Shown here piece after piece: positions 8,431-21,300 of a stretch of 64,000 nucleotides of DNA (position 1 is its first letter; each line of letters starts with the position of its first letter). Source of the stretch: Balanoglossus misakiensis (Eukaryota; Animalia; Hemichordata); the NCBI GenBank assembly GCA_040954595.2, contig CM082587.2, positions 11,599,403 through 11,663,402 of the forward strand, in the 5' to 3' direction. Below the pieces are notes generated by a model. The model saw nothing but the letters and a program-made list of their open reading frames with translations. It searched no databases and had not been told where the DNA came from. Made by a program: the position numbers and the translations under genes.

Positions 8431-9325
8431 CGTTCATCAACTCAGATTTCCTACAGCATAAGTCGGCTAAAACCCTGACACTCTAGAGCAGAAACAGTTG
8501 CACACTGGTAACGTTGAACAAGTCGATTTTTCTACGGCCTAGCTCGGCTAAATCTCCATCAAAATATGACAGACACTAGCGTACGTTAGCAACGGTGATC
8601 AAGTCAGATTTTCTACGGCATGGCTTGGATAAAGCCCCGGCACTCTAGAGCAGAAACACGCGTACAGAGACCACGTTGATCAAGTCTGAACTCCTACGGC
8701 TTGGCTCGACTAAAACCCCGGCACACTATGACAGACACTAGCGTTCGTTAGCAACGTTGATCAAGTCAGATTTCCTACGGCATGGCTTGGCTAAAGTCCT
8801 GGCACTCTAGAGCAGAAACACGCGTACAGAGACCACGTTGATCTACTCACATTTCCTTCGGCCTGGCACGGCTGATGCCCCGGCACTATATATAGGACAC
8901 AGACTGGCGTAAGTTAACAACGGTAATCACGTCGGGTTTCCTACGGCCTGGCTCAGCTGAAGCCCCGGCACTCTAGAGCAGAAACAGGCGTACATTGACC
9001 ACGTTGATCAAGTCAGATTTCCTACGGCGTGACTCGGCTGGTGCACCGGCTCTATATGACACAGACTGGCGTAAGTTATCAACAGTGATTACGTCGGATT
9101 TCCTACGGCCTGGTTTAGCTGAAGCCCCGGCACTTTAGAGCGGAAACACGCGTACATTGACCACGATGATCAAGTCAGATCTCCTACGGCCTGGCTCGAC
9201 TAAAACCCCGGCACACCATGACAGACACTAGCGTTCGTTAGCAACGGTGATCAAGTCGGATTTCCTTCGGCCTGGCTCTGCAAAAGACCCGACACTCTAG
9301 TACAAAGACGTTGGCTAAGTCGGGC
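8431..9325 (+). repeat. Block of 11 diverged 81-bp subrepeats, alternating A/B as 162-bp dimers (example unit)
   Basis: A gatcaagtc-like core recurs every 81 bp (8435, 8516, 8597, 8678, 8759, 8840, then +85 because of a (TA)n expansion, then 81 again). Subrepeat ends alternate ctctagagcagaaac and tatgacagacactagcg. Confidence 0.95.
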
Positions 9326-12300
9326 AAACCAAACAGGGAAAGTCACAGCGGTTCAACACTTGACATTTGTTCCGGTAGGACTGCATTATTGCCTGTCAAT
9401 TTATAGAGAAAGCCCGAATTTAACCAGGGCGTTTCAAACACCGACGTTAGTTGGGGGCACGGCCTGCAGTACTGCCGGGTAAGCTGACATCGGCGTACCG
9501 CATATAATGTAGGGGGGGGGGGGGAACAGAACGGTTCAATACTACATTTATTACATATCAGCTAATTTTGGACAATCATCTAAAATCTAAATCATTTTTT
9601 CATATTTGGATATCTGATGATGTATAAAATTTCCATTATATGTAAAAATGGTGCTGATTATAAAAAATGCATTCTGATTTAATACAAAATTGCGTTTTAT
9701 TCGTTTTTGCACCAAAAAGGTCATTTTTAGGCAAAACATTCTTTATTTTTTTAATTCGGTGACCTGATCATATATAAACAATTGCTTGTATGTTAAAAGT
9801 TTTTATGACTTTTAAAAGCAGTGACACTGGCGGCATTCAACACGAAAATAACAATTTTAGCCACAATTTGGTCAAAATGGTAAATTTTTGAAAATTACAA
9901 AAATACCTGTTTTCTACATTTTCGGAAATCTGATGGAGTATAGAATGCTCTTCGTATATATATATCGATACAAATTCCACAAAAAACGGCCAATTTGGCT
10001 CACTGCAGACAAAATTGCGTTTTACCAAATTTTCCTTGAAAATGTCATTTTTAGAAAAAAAAATAAAAAAACCTTTGTTCTTCGAATTTGGTGCCCTGAT
10101 CATATATGACATGTTGATTATATGTTAAAACTTTAGACCACTCCAAAAATGCAGAGATATTGACGGAATTCAAGAAAAAATAGCCATTTTGGCCATATTT
10201 TGACAAAAATGGTAAATTTTTAAAATATCATAAAAAATTAACTCTTTTCTTCATTTTCGGAAATATAATGGAGCATGAAGTGTCGTTCTCTTGGAAAAAG
10301 TGCTGCAAATTCCAGAAAAGGCGGTATAATTTGAATCACCCAAGACAAAATTACCATTTTCGACTTTTTTTCGAAAAATTGTCTTTTTTACAAAATAAAT
10401 AAGAATAAATTCTTTTCTTAGTTTCAAACGGGTAGAGATACTTTCCACACGGGTTTTCTAACATTGAATTCCCATTCATCAACTCAGATTTCCTACAGCA
10501 TAAGTCGGCTAAAACCCTGACACTCTAGAGCAGAAACAGTTGCACACTGGTAACGTTGAACATGTCGATTTTTCTACGGCCTGGCTCTGCTAAATCTCCG
10601 TCACAATATGACAGACACTAGCGTACGTTAGCAACGGTGATCAAGTCAGATTTTCTACGGCATGGCTTGGATAAAGCCCCGGCACTCTAGAGCAGAAACA
10701 CGCGTACAGAGACCACGTTAATCAAGTCTGATCTCCTACGGCTTGGCTCGACTAAAACCCTGGCACACTATGACAGACACTAGCGTTCGTTAGCAACGTT
10801 GATCAAGTCAGATTTCCTACGGCATGGCTTGGCTAAAGCCCTGGCACTCTAGAGCAGAAACACGCGTACAGAGACCACGTTGATCTACTCACATTTCCTT
10901 CGGCCTGGCACGGCTGATGCCCCGGCACTATATATAGGACACAGACTGGCGTAAGTTAACAACGGTGATCAAGTCGGATTTCCTTCGGCCTGACTCTGCA
11001 AAAGACCCGACACTCTAGTACAAAGACGTTGGCTAAGTCGGGCAAACCGAACAGGGAAAGTCACAGCGGTTCTACACTTGACATTTGTTCCGGTAGGACT
11101 GCATTATTGCCTGTCAATTTATAGAGAAAGCCCGAATTTAACCAGGGCGTTTCAAACACCGACGTTAGTTGGGTGCACGGCCTGCAGTACTGCCGGGTAA
11201 GCTGACATCGGCGTACCGCATATAATGTAGGGGGGGGGGGGGGACAGAACGGTTCAATACTACATTTATTAGATATCAGCTAATTTTGGACAATCATCTA
11301 AAATCTAAATCATTTTTTCATATTTGGATATCTGATGATGTATGACATTTCCATTACATGTAAAAATGGTGCTGATTATAAAAAATGCATTCTGATTTAA
11401 TACAAAATTGCGTTTTATTCGTTTTTACACCAAAAAGGTCATTTTTAGGCAAAACATTCTTTATTTTTTTAATTCGGTGACCTGATCATATATAAACAAT
11501 TGCTTGTATGTTAAAAGTTTTTATGACTTTTAAAAGCAGTGACACTGGCGGCATTCAACACGAAAATAACAATTTTAGCCACAATTTGGTCAAAATGGTA
11601 AATTTTTGAAAATTACAAAAAAATACCTGTTTTCTACATTTTCGGAAATCTGATGGAGTATAGAATGCTCTTCGTATGTATATATCGATACAAATTCCAC
11701 AAAAGACCGTCTAATTTGGCTCACTGCAGACAAAATGCGTTTTACCAAATTTTCCTTGAAAATGTCATTTTTAGAAGAAAAAGAAATAAAAAAACCTTTG
11801 TTCTTCGAATTTGGTGCCCTGATCATATATGACATGTTGATTGTATGTTAAAACTTTCGACCACTCCAAAAATGCAGATATATTGACGGAATTCAAGAAA
11901 AAATAGCCATTTTGGCCATATTTTGACTAAAATGGTAAATTTTTAAAAAATCATAAAAAAATAACTCCTTTCTTCATTTTCCGAAATATTATGGAGCATG
12001 AAGTGTCGTTCTCTTGTAAGAAGTTCAGCAAATTCCAGAAAAGGCGGTATAATTTGAATCACCCAAGACAAAATTACCATTTTCGACTTTTTTTCGAAAA
12101 ATTGTCTTTTTTACAAAATAAATAAGAATAAATTCTTTTCTTAGTTTCAAACGGGTAGAGATACTTTCCACAAGGGTTTTCTAACATTGAATTCCCGTTC
12201 ATCAACTCAGATTTCCTACAGCATAAGTCGGCTAAAACCCTGACACTCTAGAGCAGAAACAGTTGCACACTGGTAACGTTGAACAAGTCGATTTTTCTAT

Positions 12301-15300
12301 GGCCTGGCTCGGCTAAATCTCCGTCACAATATGACAGACACTAGCGTACGTTAGCAACGGTGATCAAGTCAGATTTTCTACGGCATGGCTTGGATAAAGC
12401 CCCGGCACTCTAGAGCAGAAACACGCGTACAGAGACCACGTTGATCAAGTCTGATCTCCTACGGCTTGGCTCGACTAAAACCCCGGCACACTATGACAGA
12501 CACTAGCGTTCGTTAGCAACGTTGATCAAGTCAGATTTCCTACGGCATGGCTTGGCTAAAGCCCTGGCACTCTAGAGCAGAAACACGCGTACAGAGACCA
12601 CGTTGATCTACTCACATTTCCTTCGGCCTGGCACGGCTGATGCCCCGGCACTATATATATGACACAGACTGGCGTAAGTTAACAACGGTAATCACGTCGG
12701 GTTTCCTACGGCCTGGCTCAGCTGAAGCCCCGGCACTCTAGAGCAGAAACAGGCGTACATTGACCACGTTGATCAAGTCAGATTTCCTACGGCGTGACTC
12801 GGCTGGTGCACCGGCTCTATATGACACAGACTGGCGTAAGTTATCAACGGTGATTACGTCGGATTTCCTACGGCCTGGTTTACCTGAAGCCCCGGTACTT
12901 TAGAGCGGAAACACGCGTACATTGACCACGATGATCAAGTCAGATCTCCTACGGCCTGGCTCGACTAAAACCCCGGCACACCATGATAGACACTAGCGTT
13001 CGTTAGCAACGGTGATCAAGTCGGATTTCCTTCGGCCTGGCTCTGCAAAAGACCCGACACTCTAGTACAAAGACGTTGGCTAAGTCGGGCAAACCGAAGA
13101 GGGAAAGTCACAGCGGTTCAACACTTGACATTTGTTCGGGTAGGACTGCATTATTGCCTGTCAATTTATAGAGAAAGCCCGAAATTAACCAGGGCGTTTC
13201 AAACACCGACGTTAGTTGGGGGCACGGCCTGCAGTACTGCCGGGTAAGCTGACATCGGCGTACCGCATATAATGTAGGGGGGGGGGGGGAACAGAATGGT
13301 TCAATACTACATTTATTAGATATCAACTAATTTTGGACAATCATCTAAAATCTAAATCATTTTTTCATATTTGGATATCTGATGATGTATGAAATTTCCA
13401 TTATATGTAAAAATGGTGCTGATTATAAAAAATGCATTCTGATTCAATACAAAATTGCGTTTTATTCGTTTTTGCACCAAAAAGGTCATTTTTAGGCAAA
13501 ACATTCTTTATTTTTTTAATTCGGTGACCTGATCATATATAAACAATTGCTTGTATGTTAAAAGTTTTTATGACTTTTAAAAGCAGTGACACTGGCGGCA
13601 TTCAACACGAAAATAACAATTGTAGCCACAATTTGGTCAAAATGGTAAATTTTTGAAAATTACAAAAAATACCTGTTTTCTACATTTTCGGAAATCTGAT
13701 GGAGTATAGAATGCTCTTCGTATGTATATATCGATACAAATTCCACAAAAGACCGTCTAATTTGGCTCACTGCAGACAAAATGCGTTTTACCAAATTTTC
13801 CTTGAAAATGTCATTTTTAGAAGAAAAAAAAATAAAAAAACCTTTGTTCTTCGAATTTGGTGCCCTGATCATATATGACATGTTGATTGTATGTTAAAAC
13901 TTTCGACCACTCCAAAAATGCAGATATATTGACGGAATTCAAGAAAAAATAGCCATTTTGGCCATATTTTGACTAAAATGGTAAATTTTTAAAAAATCAT
14001 AAAAAAATAACTCCTTTCTTCATTTTCCGAAATATTATGGAGCATGAAGTGTCGTTCTCTTGTAAGAAGTTCAGCAAATTCCAGAAAAGGCGGTATAATT
14101 TGAATCACCCAAGACAAAATTACCATTTTCGACTTTTTTTCGAAAAATTGTCTTTTTTACAAAATAAATAAGAATAAATTCTTTTCTTAGTTTCAAACGG
14201 GTAGAGATACTTTCCACAAGGGTTTTCTAACATTGAATTCCCGTTCATCAACTCAGATTTCCTACAGCATAAGTCGGCTAAAACCCTGACACTCTAGAGC
14301 AGAAACAGTTGCACACTGGTAACGTTGAACAAGTCGATTTTTCTATGGCCTGGCTCGGCTAAATCTCCGTCACAATATGACAGACACTAGCGTACGTTAG
14401 CAACGGTGATCAAGTCAGATTTTCTACGGCATGGCTTGGATAAAGCCCCGGCACTCTAGAGCAGAAACACGCGTACAGAGACCACGTTGATCAAGTCTGA
14501 TCTCCTACGGCTTGGCTCGACTAAAACCCCGGCACACTATGACAGACACTAGCGTTCGTTAGCAACGTTGATCAAGTCAGATTTCCTACGGCATGGCTTG
14601 GCTAAAGCCCTGGCACTCTAGAGCAGAAACACGCGTACAGAGACCACGTTGATCTACTCACATTTCCTTCGGCCTGGCACGGCTGATGCCCCGGCACTAT
14701 ATATATGACACAGACTGGCGTAAGTTAACAACGGTAATCACGTCGGGTTTCCTACGGCCTGGCTCAGCTGAAGCCCCGGCACTCTAGAGCAGAAACAGGC
14801 GTACATTGACCACGTTGATCAAGTCAGATTTCCTACGGCGTGACTCGGCTGGTGCACCGGCTCTATATGACACAGACTGGCGTAAGTTATCAACGGTGAT
14901 TACGTCGGATTTCCTACGGCCTGGTTTACCTGAAGCCCCGGTACTTTAGAGCGGAAACACGCGTACATTGACCACGATGATCAAGTCAGATCTCCTACGG
15001 CCTGGCTCGACTAAAACCCCGGCACACCATGATAGACACTAGCGTTCGTTAGCAACGGTGATCAAGTCGGATTTCCTTCGGCCTGGCTCTGCAAAAGACC
15101 CGACACTCTAGTACAAAGACGTTGGCTAAGTCGGGCAAACCGAAGAGGGAAAGTCACAGCGGTTCAACACTTGACATTTGTTCGGGTAGGACTGCATTAT
15201 TGCCTGTCAATTTATAGAGAAAGCCCGAAATTAACCAGGGCGTTTCAAACACCGACGTTAGTTGGGGGCACGGCCTGCAGTACTGCCGGGTAAGCTGACA

Positions 15301-18300
15301 TCGGCGTACTACATATAATGTAGGGGGGGGGGGAACAGAATGGTTCAATACTACATTTATTAGATATCAACTAATTTTGGACAATCATCTAAAATCTAAA
15401 TCATTTTTTCATATTTGGATATCTGATGATGTATTTCCATTACATGTAAAAATGGTGCTGATTATAAAAAATGCATTCTGATTTAATACAAAATTGCGTT
15501 TTATTCGTTTTTGCACCAAAAAGGTCATTTTTAGGCAAAACATTCTTTATTTTTTTAATTCGGTGACCTGATCATATATAAAAAATTGCTTGTATGTTAA
15601 AATTTTTTATGATTTTTAAAAGCAGTGACACTGGCGGCATTCAACACGAAAATAACAATTTTAGCCACAATTTGGTCAAAATGGTAAATTTTTGAAAATT
15701 ACAAAAAAATACCCGTTTTCTACATTTTCGGAAATCTGATGGAGTATAGAATGCTCTTCGTATGTATATATCGATACAAATTCCACAAAAGACCGTCTAA
15801 TTTGGCTCACTGCAGACAAAATTGCGTTTTACCAAATTTTCCTTGAAAATGTCATTTTTAGAAGAAAAAAAATAAAAAAACCTTTGTTCTTCGAATTTGG
15901 TGCCCTGATCATATATGACATGTTGATTGTATGTTAAAACTTTCGACCACTCCAAAAATGCAGATATATTGACGGAATTCAAGAAAAAATAGCCATTTTG
16001 GCCATATTTTGACAAAAATGGTAAATTTTTAAAAAATCATAAAAAAATAACTTTTCTTCATTTTCCGAAATATTATGGAGCATGAAGTGTCGTTCTCTTG
16101 TAAGAAGTGCAGCAAATTCCAGAAAAGGCGGTATAATTTGAATCACCCAAGACAAAATTACCATTTTCGACTTTTTTTCGAAAAATTGTCTTTTTTACAA
16201 AATAAATAAGAATAAATTCTTTTCTTAGTTTCAAACGGGTAGAGATACTTTCCACACGGGTTTTCTAACATTGAATTCCCATTCATCAACTCAGATTTCC
16301 TACAGCATAAGTCGGCTAAAATCCTGACACTCTAGAGCAGAAACAGTTGCACACTGGTAACGTTGAACATGTCGATTTTTCTAGGGCCTGGCTCTGCTAA
16401 ATCACCGTCACAATATGACAGACACTAGCGTACGTTAGCAACGGTGATCAAGTCAGATTTTCTACGGCATGGCTTGGATAAAGCCCCGGCACTCTAGAGC
16501 AGAAACACGCGTACAGAGACGATCAAGTCTGATCTCCTACGGCTTGGCTCGACTAAAACCATGGCACACTTTGACAGACACTAGCGTTCGTTAGCAACGT
16601 TGATCAAGTCAGATTTCCTACGGCATGGCTTGGCTAAAGTCCTGGCACTCTAGAGCAGAAACACGCGTACAGAGACCACGTTGATCTACTCACATTTCCT
16701 TCGGCCTGGCACGGCTGATGCCCCGGCACTATATATAGGACACAGACTGGCGTAAGTTAACAACGGTAATCACGTCGGGTTTCCTACGGCGTGGCTCAGC
16801 TGAAGCCCCGGCACTCTAGAGCAGAAACAGGCGTACATTGACCACGTTGATCAAGTCAGATTTCCTACGGCGTGACTCGGCTGGTGCACCGGCTCTATAT
16901 GACACAGACTGGCGTAAGTTATCAACAGTGATTACGTCGGATTTCCTACGGCCTGGTTTAGCTGAAGCCCCGGCACTTTAGAGCGGAAACACGCGTACAT
17001 TGACCACGATGATCAAGTCAGATCTCCTACGGCCTGGCTCGACTAAAACCCCGGCACACCATGACAGACACTAGCGTTCGTTAGCAACGGTGATCAAGTC
17101 GGATTTCCTTCGGCCTGGCTCTGCAAAAGACCCGACACTCTAGTACAAAGACGTTGGCTAAGTCGGGCAAACCGAGGAGGGAAAGTCACAGCGGTTCAAC
17201 ACTTGACATTTGTTCGGGTAGGACTGCATTATTGCCTGTCAATTTATAGAGAAAGCCCGAAATTAACCAGGGCGTTTCAAACACCGACGTTAGTTGGGGG
17301 CACGGCCTGCAGTACTGCCGGGTAAGCTGACATCGGCGTACCGCATATAATGTAGGGGGGGGGGGGGGGGGAACAGAATGGTTCAATACTACATTTATTA
17401 GATATCAACTAATTTTGGACAATCATCTAAAATCTAAATCATTTTTTCATATTTGGATATCTGATGATGTATGAAATTTCCATTATATGTAAAAATGGTG
17501 CTGATTATAAAAAATGCATTCTGATTCAATACAAAATTGCGTTTTATTCGTTTTTGCACCAAAAAGGTCATTTTTAGGCAAAACATTCTTTATTTTTTTA
17601 ATTCGGTGTCCTGATCATATATAAACAATTGCTTGTATGTTAAAAGTTTTTATGACTTTTAAAAGCAGTGACACTGGCGGCATTCAACACGAAAATAACA
17701 ATTGTAGCCACAATTTGGTCAAAATGGTAAATTTTTGAAAATTACAAAAAATACCTGTTTTCTACATTTTCGGAAATCTGATGGAGTATAGAATGCTCTT
17801 CGCATGTATATATCGATACAAATTCCACAAAAGACCGTCTAATTTGGCTCACTGCAGACAAAATTGCGTTTTACCAAATTTTCCTTGAAAATGTCATTTT
17901 TAGAAAAAAAAATTAAAAAACCTTTGTTCTTCGAATTTGGTGCCCTGATCATATATGACATGTTGATTGTATGTTAAGACTTTCGACCACTCCAAAAATG
18001 CAGAGATATTGACGGAATTCAAGAAAAAATAGCCATTTTGGCCATATTTTGACAAAAATGGTAAATTTTTAAAAAATCATAAGAAATTAACTCTTTTCTT
18101 ATTTTTTCGGAAATATTATGGAGCATGAAGTGTCGTTCTCTTGTAAAAAGTGCTGCAAATTCCAGAAAAGGCGGTATAATTTAAATCACCCAAGACAAAA
18201 TTACCATTTTCGACTTGTTTTCGAAAAATTGTCTTTTTACAAAATAAATAAGAATAAATTCTTTTCTTAGTTTCAAACGGGTAGAGATACTTTCCACACG

Positions 18301-21300
18301 GGTTTTCTAACATTGAATTCCCGTTCATCAACTCAGATTTCCTACAGCATAAGTCGGCTAAAACCCTGACACTCTAGAGCAGAAACAGTTGCACACTGGT
18401 AACGTTGAACAAGTCGATTTTTCTACGGCCTGGCTCCGCTAAATGTCCGTCACAATATGACAGACACTAGCGTACGTTAGCAACGGTGATCAAGTCAGAT
18501 TTTCTACGGCATGGCTTGGATAAAGCCCCGGCACTCTAGAGCAGAAACACGCGTACAGAGACCACGTTTATCAAGTCTGATCTCCTACGGCTTGGCTCGA
18601 CTAAAACCCCGGCACACTATGACAGACACTAGCGTTCGTTAGCAACGTTGATCAAGTCAGATTTCCTACGGCATGGCTTGGCTAAAGCCAAGGCACTCTA
18701 GAGCAGAAACACGCGTACAGAGACCACGTTGATCTACTCACATTTCCTTCGGCCTGGCACGGCTGATGCCCCGGCACTATATATAAGACACAGACTGGCG
18801 TAAGTTAACAACGGTAATCACGTCGGGTTTCCTACGGCCTGGCTCAGCTGAAGCCCCGGCATTCTAGAGCAGAAACAGGCGTACATTGACCACGTTGATC
18901 AAGTCAGATTTCCTACGGCGTGACTCGGCTGGTGCACCGGCTCTATATGACACAGACTGGCGTAAGTTATCAACGGTGATTACGGCGGATGTCCTACGGC
19001 CTGGTTTAGCTGAAGCCCCGGCACTTTAGAGCGGAAACACGCGTACATTGACCACGATGATCAAGTCAGATCTCCTACGGCCTGGCCCGACTAAAACCCC
19101 GGCACACCATGACAGACACTAGCGTTCGTTAGCAACGGTGATCAAGTCGGATTTCCTTCGGCCTGGCTCTGCAAAAGACCCGACACTCTAGTACAAAGAC
19201 GTTGGCTAAGTCGGGCAAACCGAAGAGGGAAAGTCAAAGCGGGTCAACACTCGACATTTGTTCCGGTAGGACTGCATTATTGCCTGTCAATTTATAGAGA
19301 AAGCCCGAATTTAACCAGGGCGTTTCAAACACCGACGTTAGTTGGGGGCATGGCCTGCAGTACTGCTGGGTAAGCTGACATCGGCGTACCGCATATAATG
19401 TAGGGGGGGGGGGGGAACAGAACGGTTCAATACTACATTTATTAGATATCAGCTAATTTTGGACAATCATCTAAAATCTAAATCATTTTTTTCATATTTG
19501 GATATCTGATGATGTATTAAATTTCCATTACATGTAAAAATGGTGCTGATTATAAAAAATGCATTCTGATTTAATACAAAATTGCGTTTTATTCGTTTTT
19601 GCACCAAAAAGGTCATTTTTAGGCAAAACATTCTTTATTTTTTTAATTCGGTGACCTGATCATATATAAACAATTGCTTGTATGTTAAAAGTTTTTATGA
19701 CTTTTAAAAGCAGTGACACTGGCGGCATTCAACACGAAAATAACAATTTTAGCCACAATTTGGTCAAAATGGTAAATTTTTGAAAATTACAAAAAAATAC
19801 CTGTTTTCTACATTTTCGGAAATCTGATGGAGTATAGAATGCTCTTCGTATGTATATATCGATACAAATTCCACAAAAGACCGTCTAATTTGGCTCACTG
19901 CAGACAAAATTGCGTTTTACCAAATTTTCCTTGAAAATGTCATTTTTAGAAGAAAAAAAATAAAAAAACCTTTGTTCTTCGAATTTGGTGCCCTGATCAT
20001 ATATGACATGTTGATTGTATGTTAAAACTTTCGACCACTCCAAAAATGCAGATATATTGACGGAATTCAAGAAAAAATAGCCATTTTGGCCATATTTTGA
20101 CAAAAATGGTAAATTTTTAAAAAATCATAAAAAATAACTCTTTTCTTCATTTTCCGAAATATTATGGAGCATGAAGTGTCGTTCTCTTGTAAGAAGTGCA
20201 GCAAATTCCAGAAAAGGCGGTATAATTTGAATCACCCAAGACAAAATTACCATTTTCGACTTTTTTTCGAAAAATTGTCTTTTTTACAAAATAAATAAGA
20301 ATAAATTCTTTTCTTAGTTTCAAACGGGTAGAGATACTTTCCACAAGGGTTTTCTAACATTGAATTCCCGTTCATCATCTCAGATTTCCTACAGCATAAG
20401 TCGGCTAAAACCCTGACACTCTAGAGCAGAAACAGTTGCACACTGGTAACGTTGAACAAGTCGATTTTTCTATGGCCTGGCTCGGCTAAATCTCCGTCAC
20501 AATATGACAGACACTAGCGTACGTTAGCAACGGTGATGAAGTCAGATTTTCTACGGCATGGCTTGGATAAATCCCCGGCACTCTAGAGCAGAAACACGCG
20601 TACAGAGACCACGTTGATCAAGTCTGATCTCCTACGGCTTGGCTCGACTAAAACCCCGGCACACTATGACAGACGCTAGCGTTCGTTAGCAACGTTGATC
20701 AAGTCAGATTTCCTACGGCATGGCTTGGCTAAAGCCCTGGCACTCTAGAGCAGAAACACGCGTACAGAGACCACGTTGATCTACTCACATTTCCTTCGGC
20801 CTGGCACGGCTGATGCCCCGGCACTATATATAGGACACAGACTGGCGTAAGTTAACAACGGTAATCACGTCGGGTTTCCTACGGCCTGGTTCAGCTGAAG
20901 CCCCGGCACTCTAGAGCAGAAACAGGCGTACATTGACCACGTTGATCAAGTCAGATTTCCTACGGCGTGACTCGGCTTGTGCACCGGCTCTATATGACAC
21001 AGACTGGCGTAAGTTATCAACGGTGATTACGTCGGATTTCCTACGGTCTGGTTTCGCTGAAGCCCCGGCACTTTAGAGCGGAAACACGCGTACATTGACC
21101 ACGATGATCAAGTCAGATCTCCTACGGCCTGGCTCGACTAAAACCCCGGCACACCATGACAGACACTAGCGTTCGTTAGCAACGGTGATCAAGTCGGATT
21201 TCCTTCGGCCTGGCTCTGCAAAAGACCTGACACTCTAGTACAAAGACGTTGGCTAAGTCGGGCAAACCGAAGATGGTAAGTCACAGCGGGTCAACACTCG

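Noticed and set aside
7950-8440. Recurrent 60-110-aa ORFs in the AT-rich block (MESISTRL..., MSKYGQNG...)
   Set aside because: Frames change with homopolymer lengths between units, composition is F/K/I-biased, and no domain is recognisable.
9470-9575. Spliced-leader RNA (GGTAAG donor plus AATTTTGG Sm-like site)
   Set aside because: The Sm-like site aligns with the AT monomer (caatttggtc), a variable poly-G tract lies between the motifs, and no known SL exon is recognisable.
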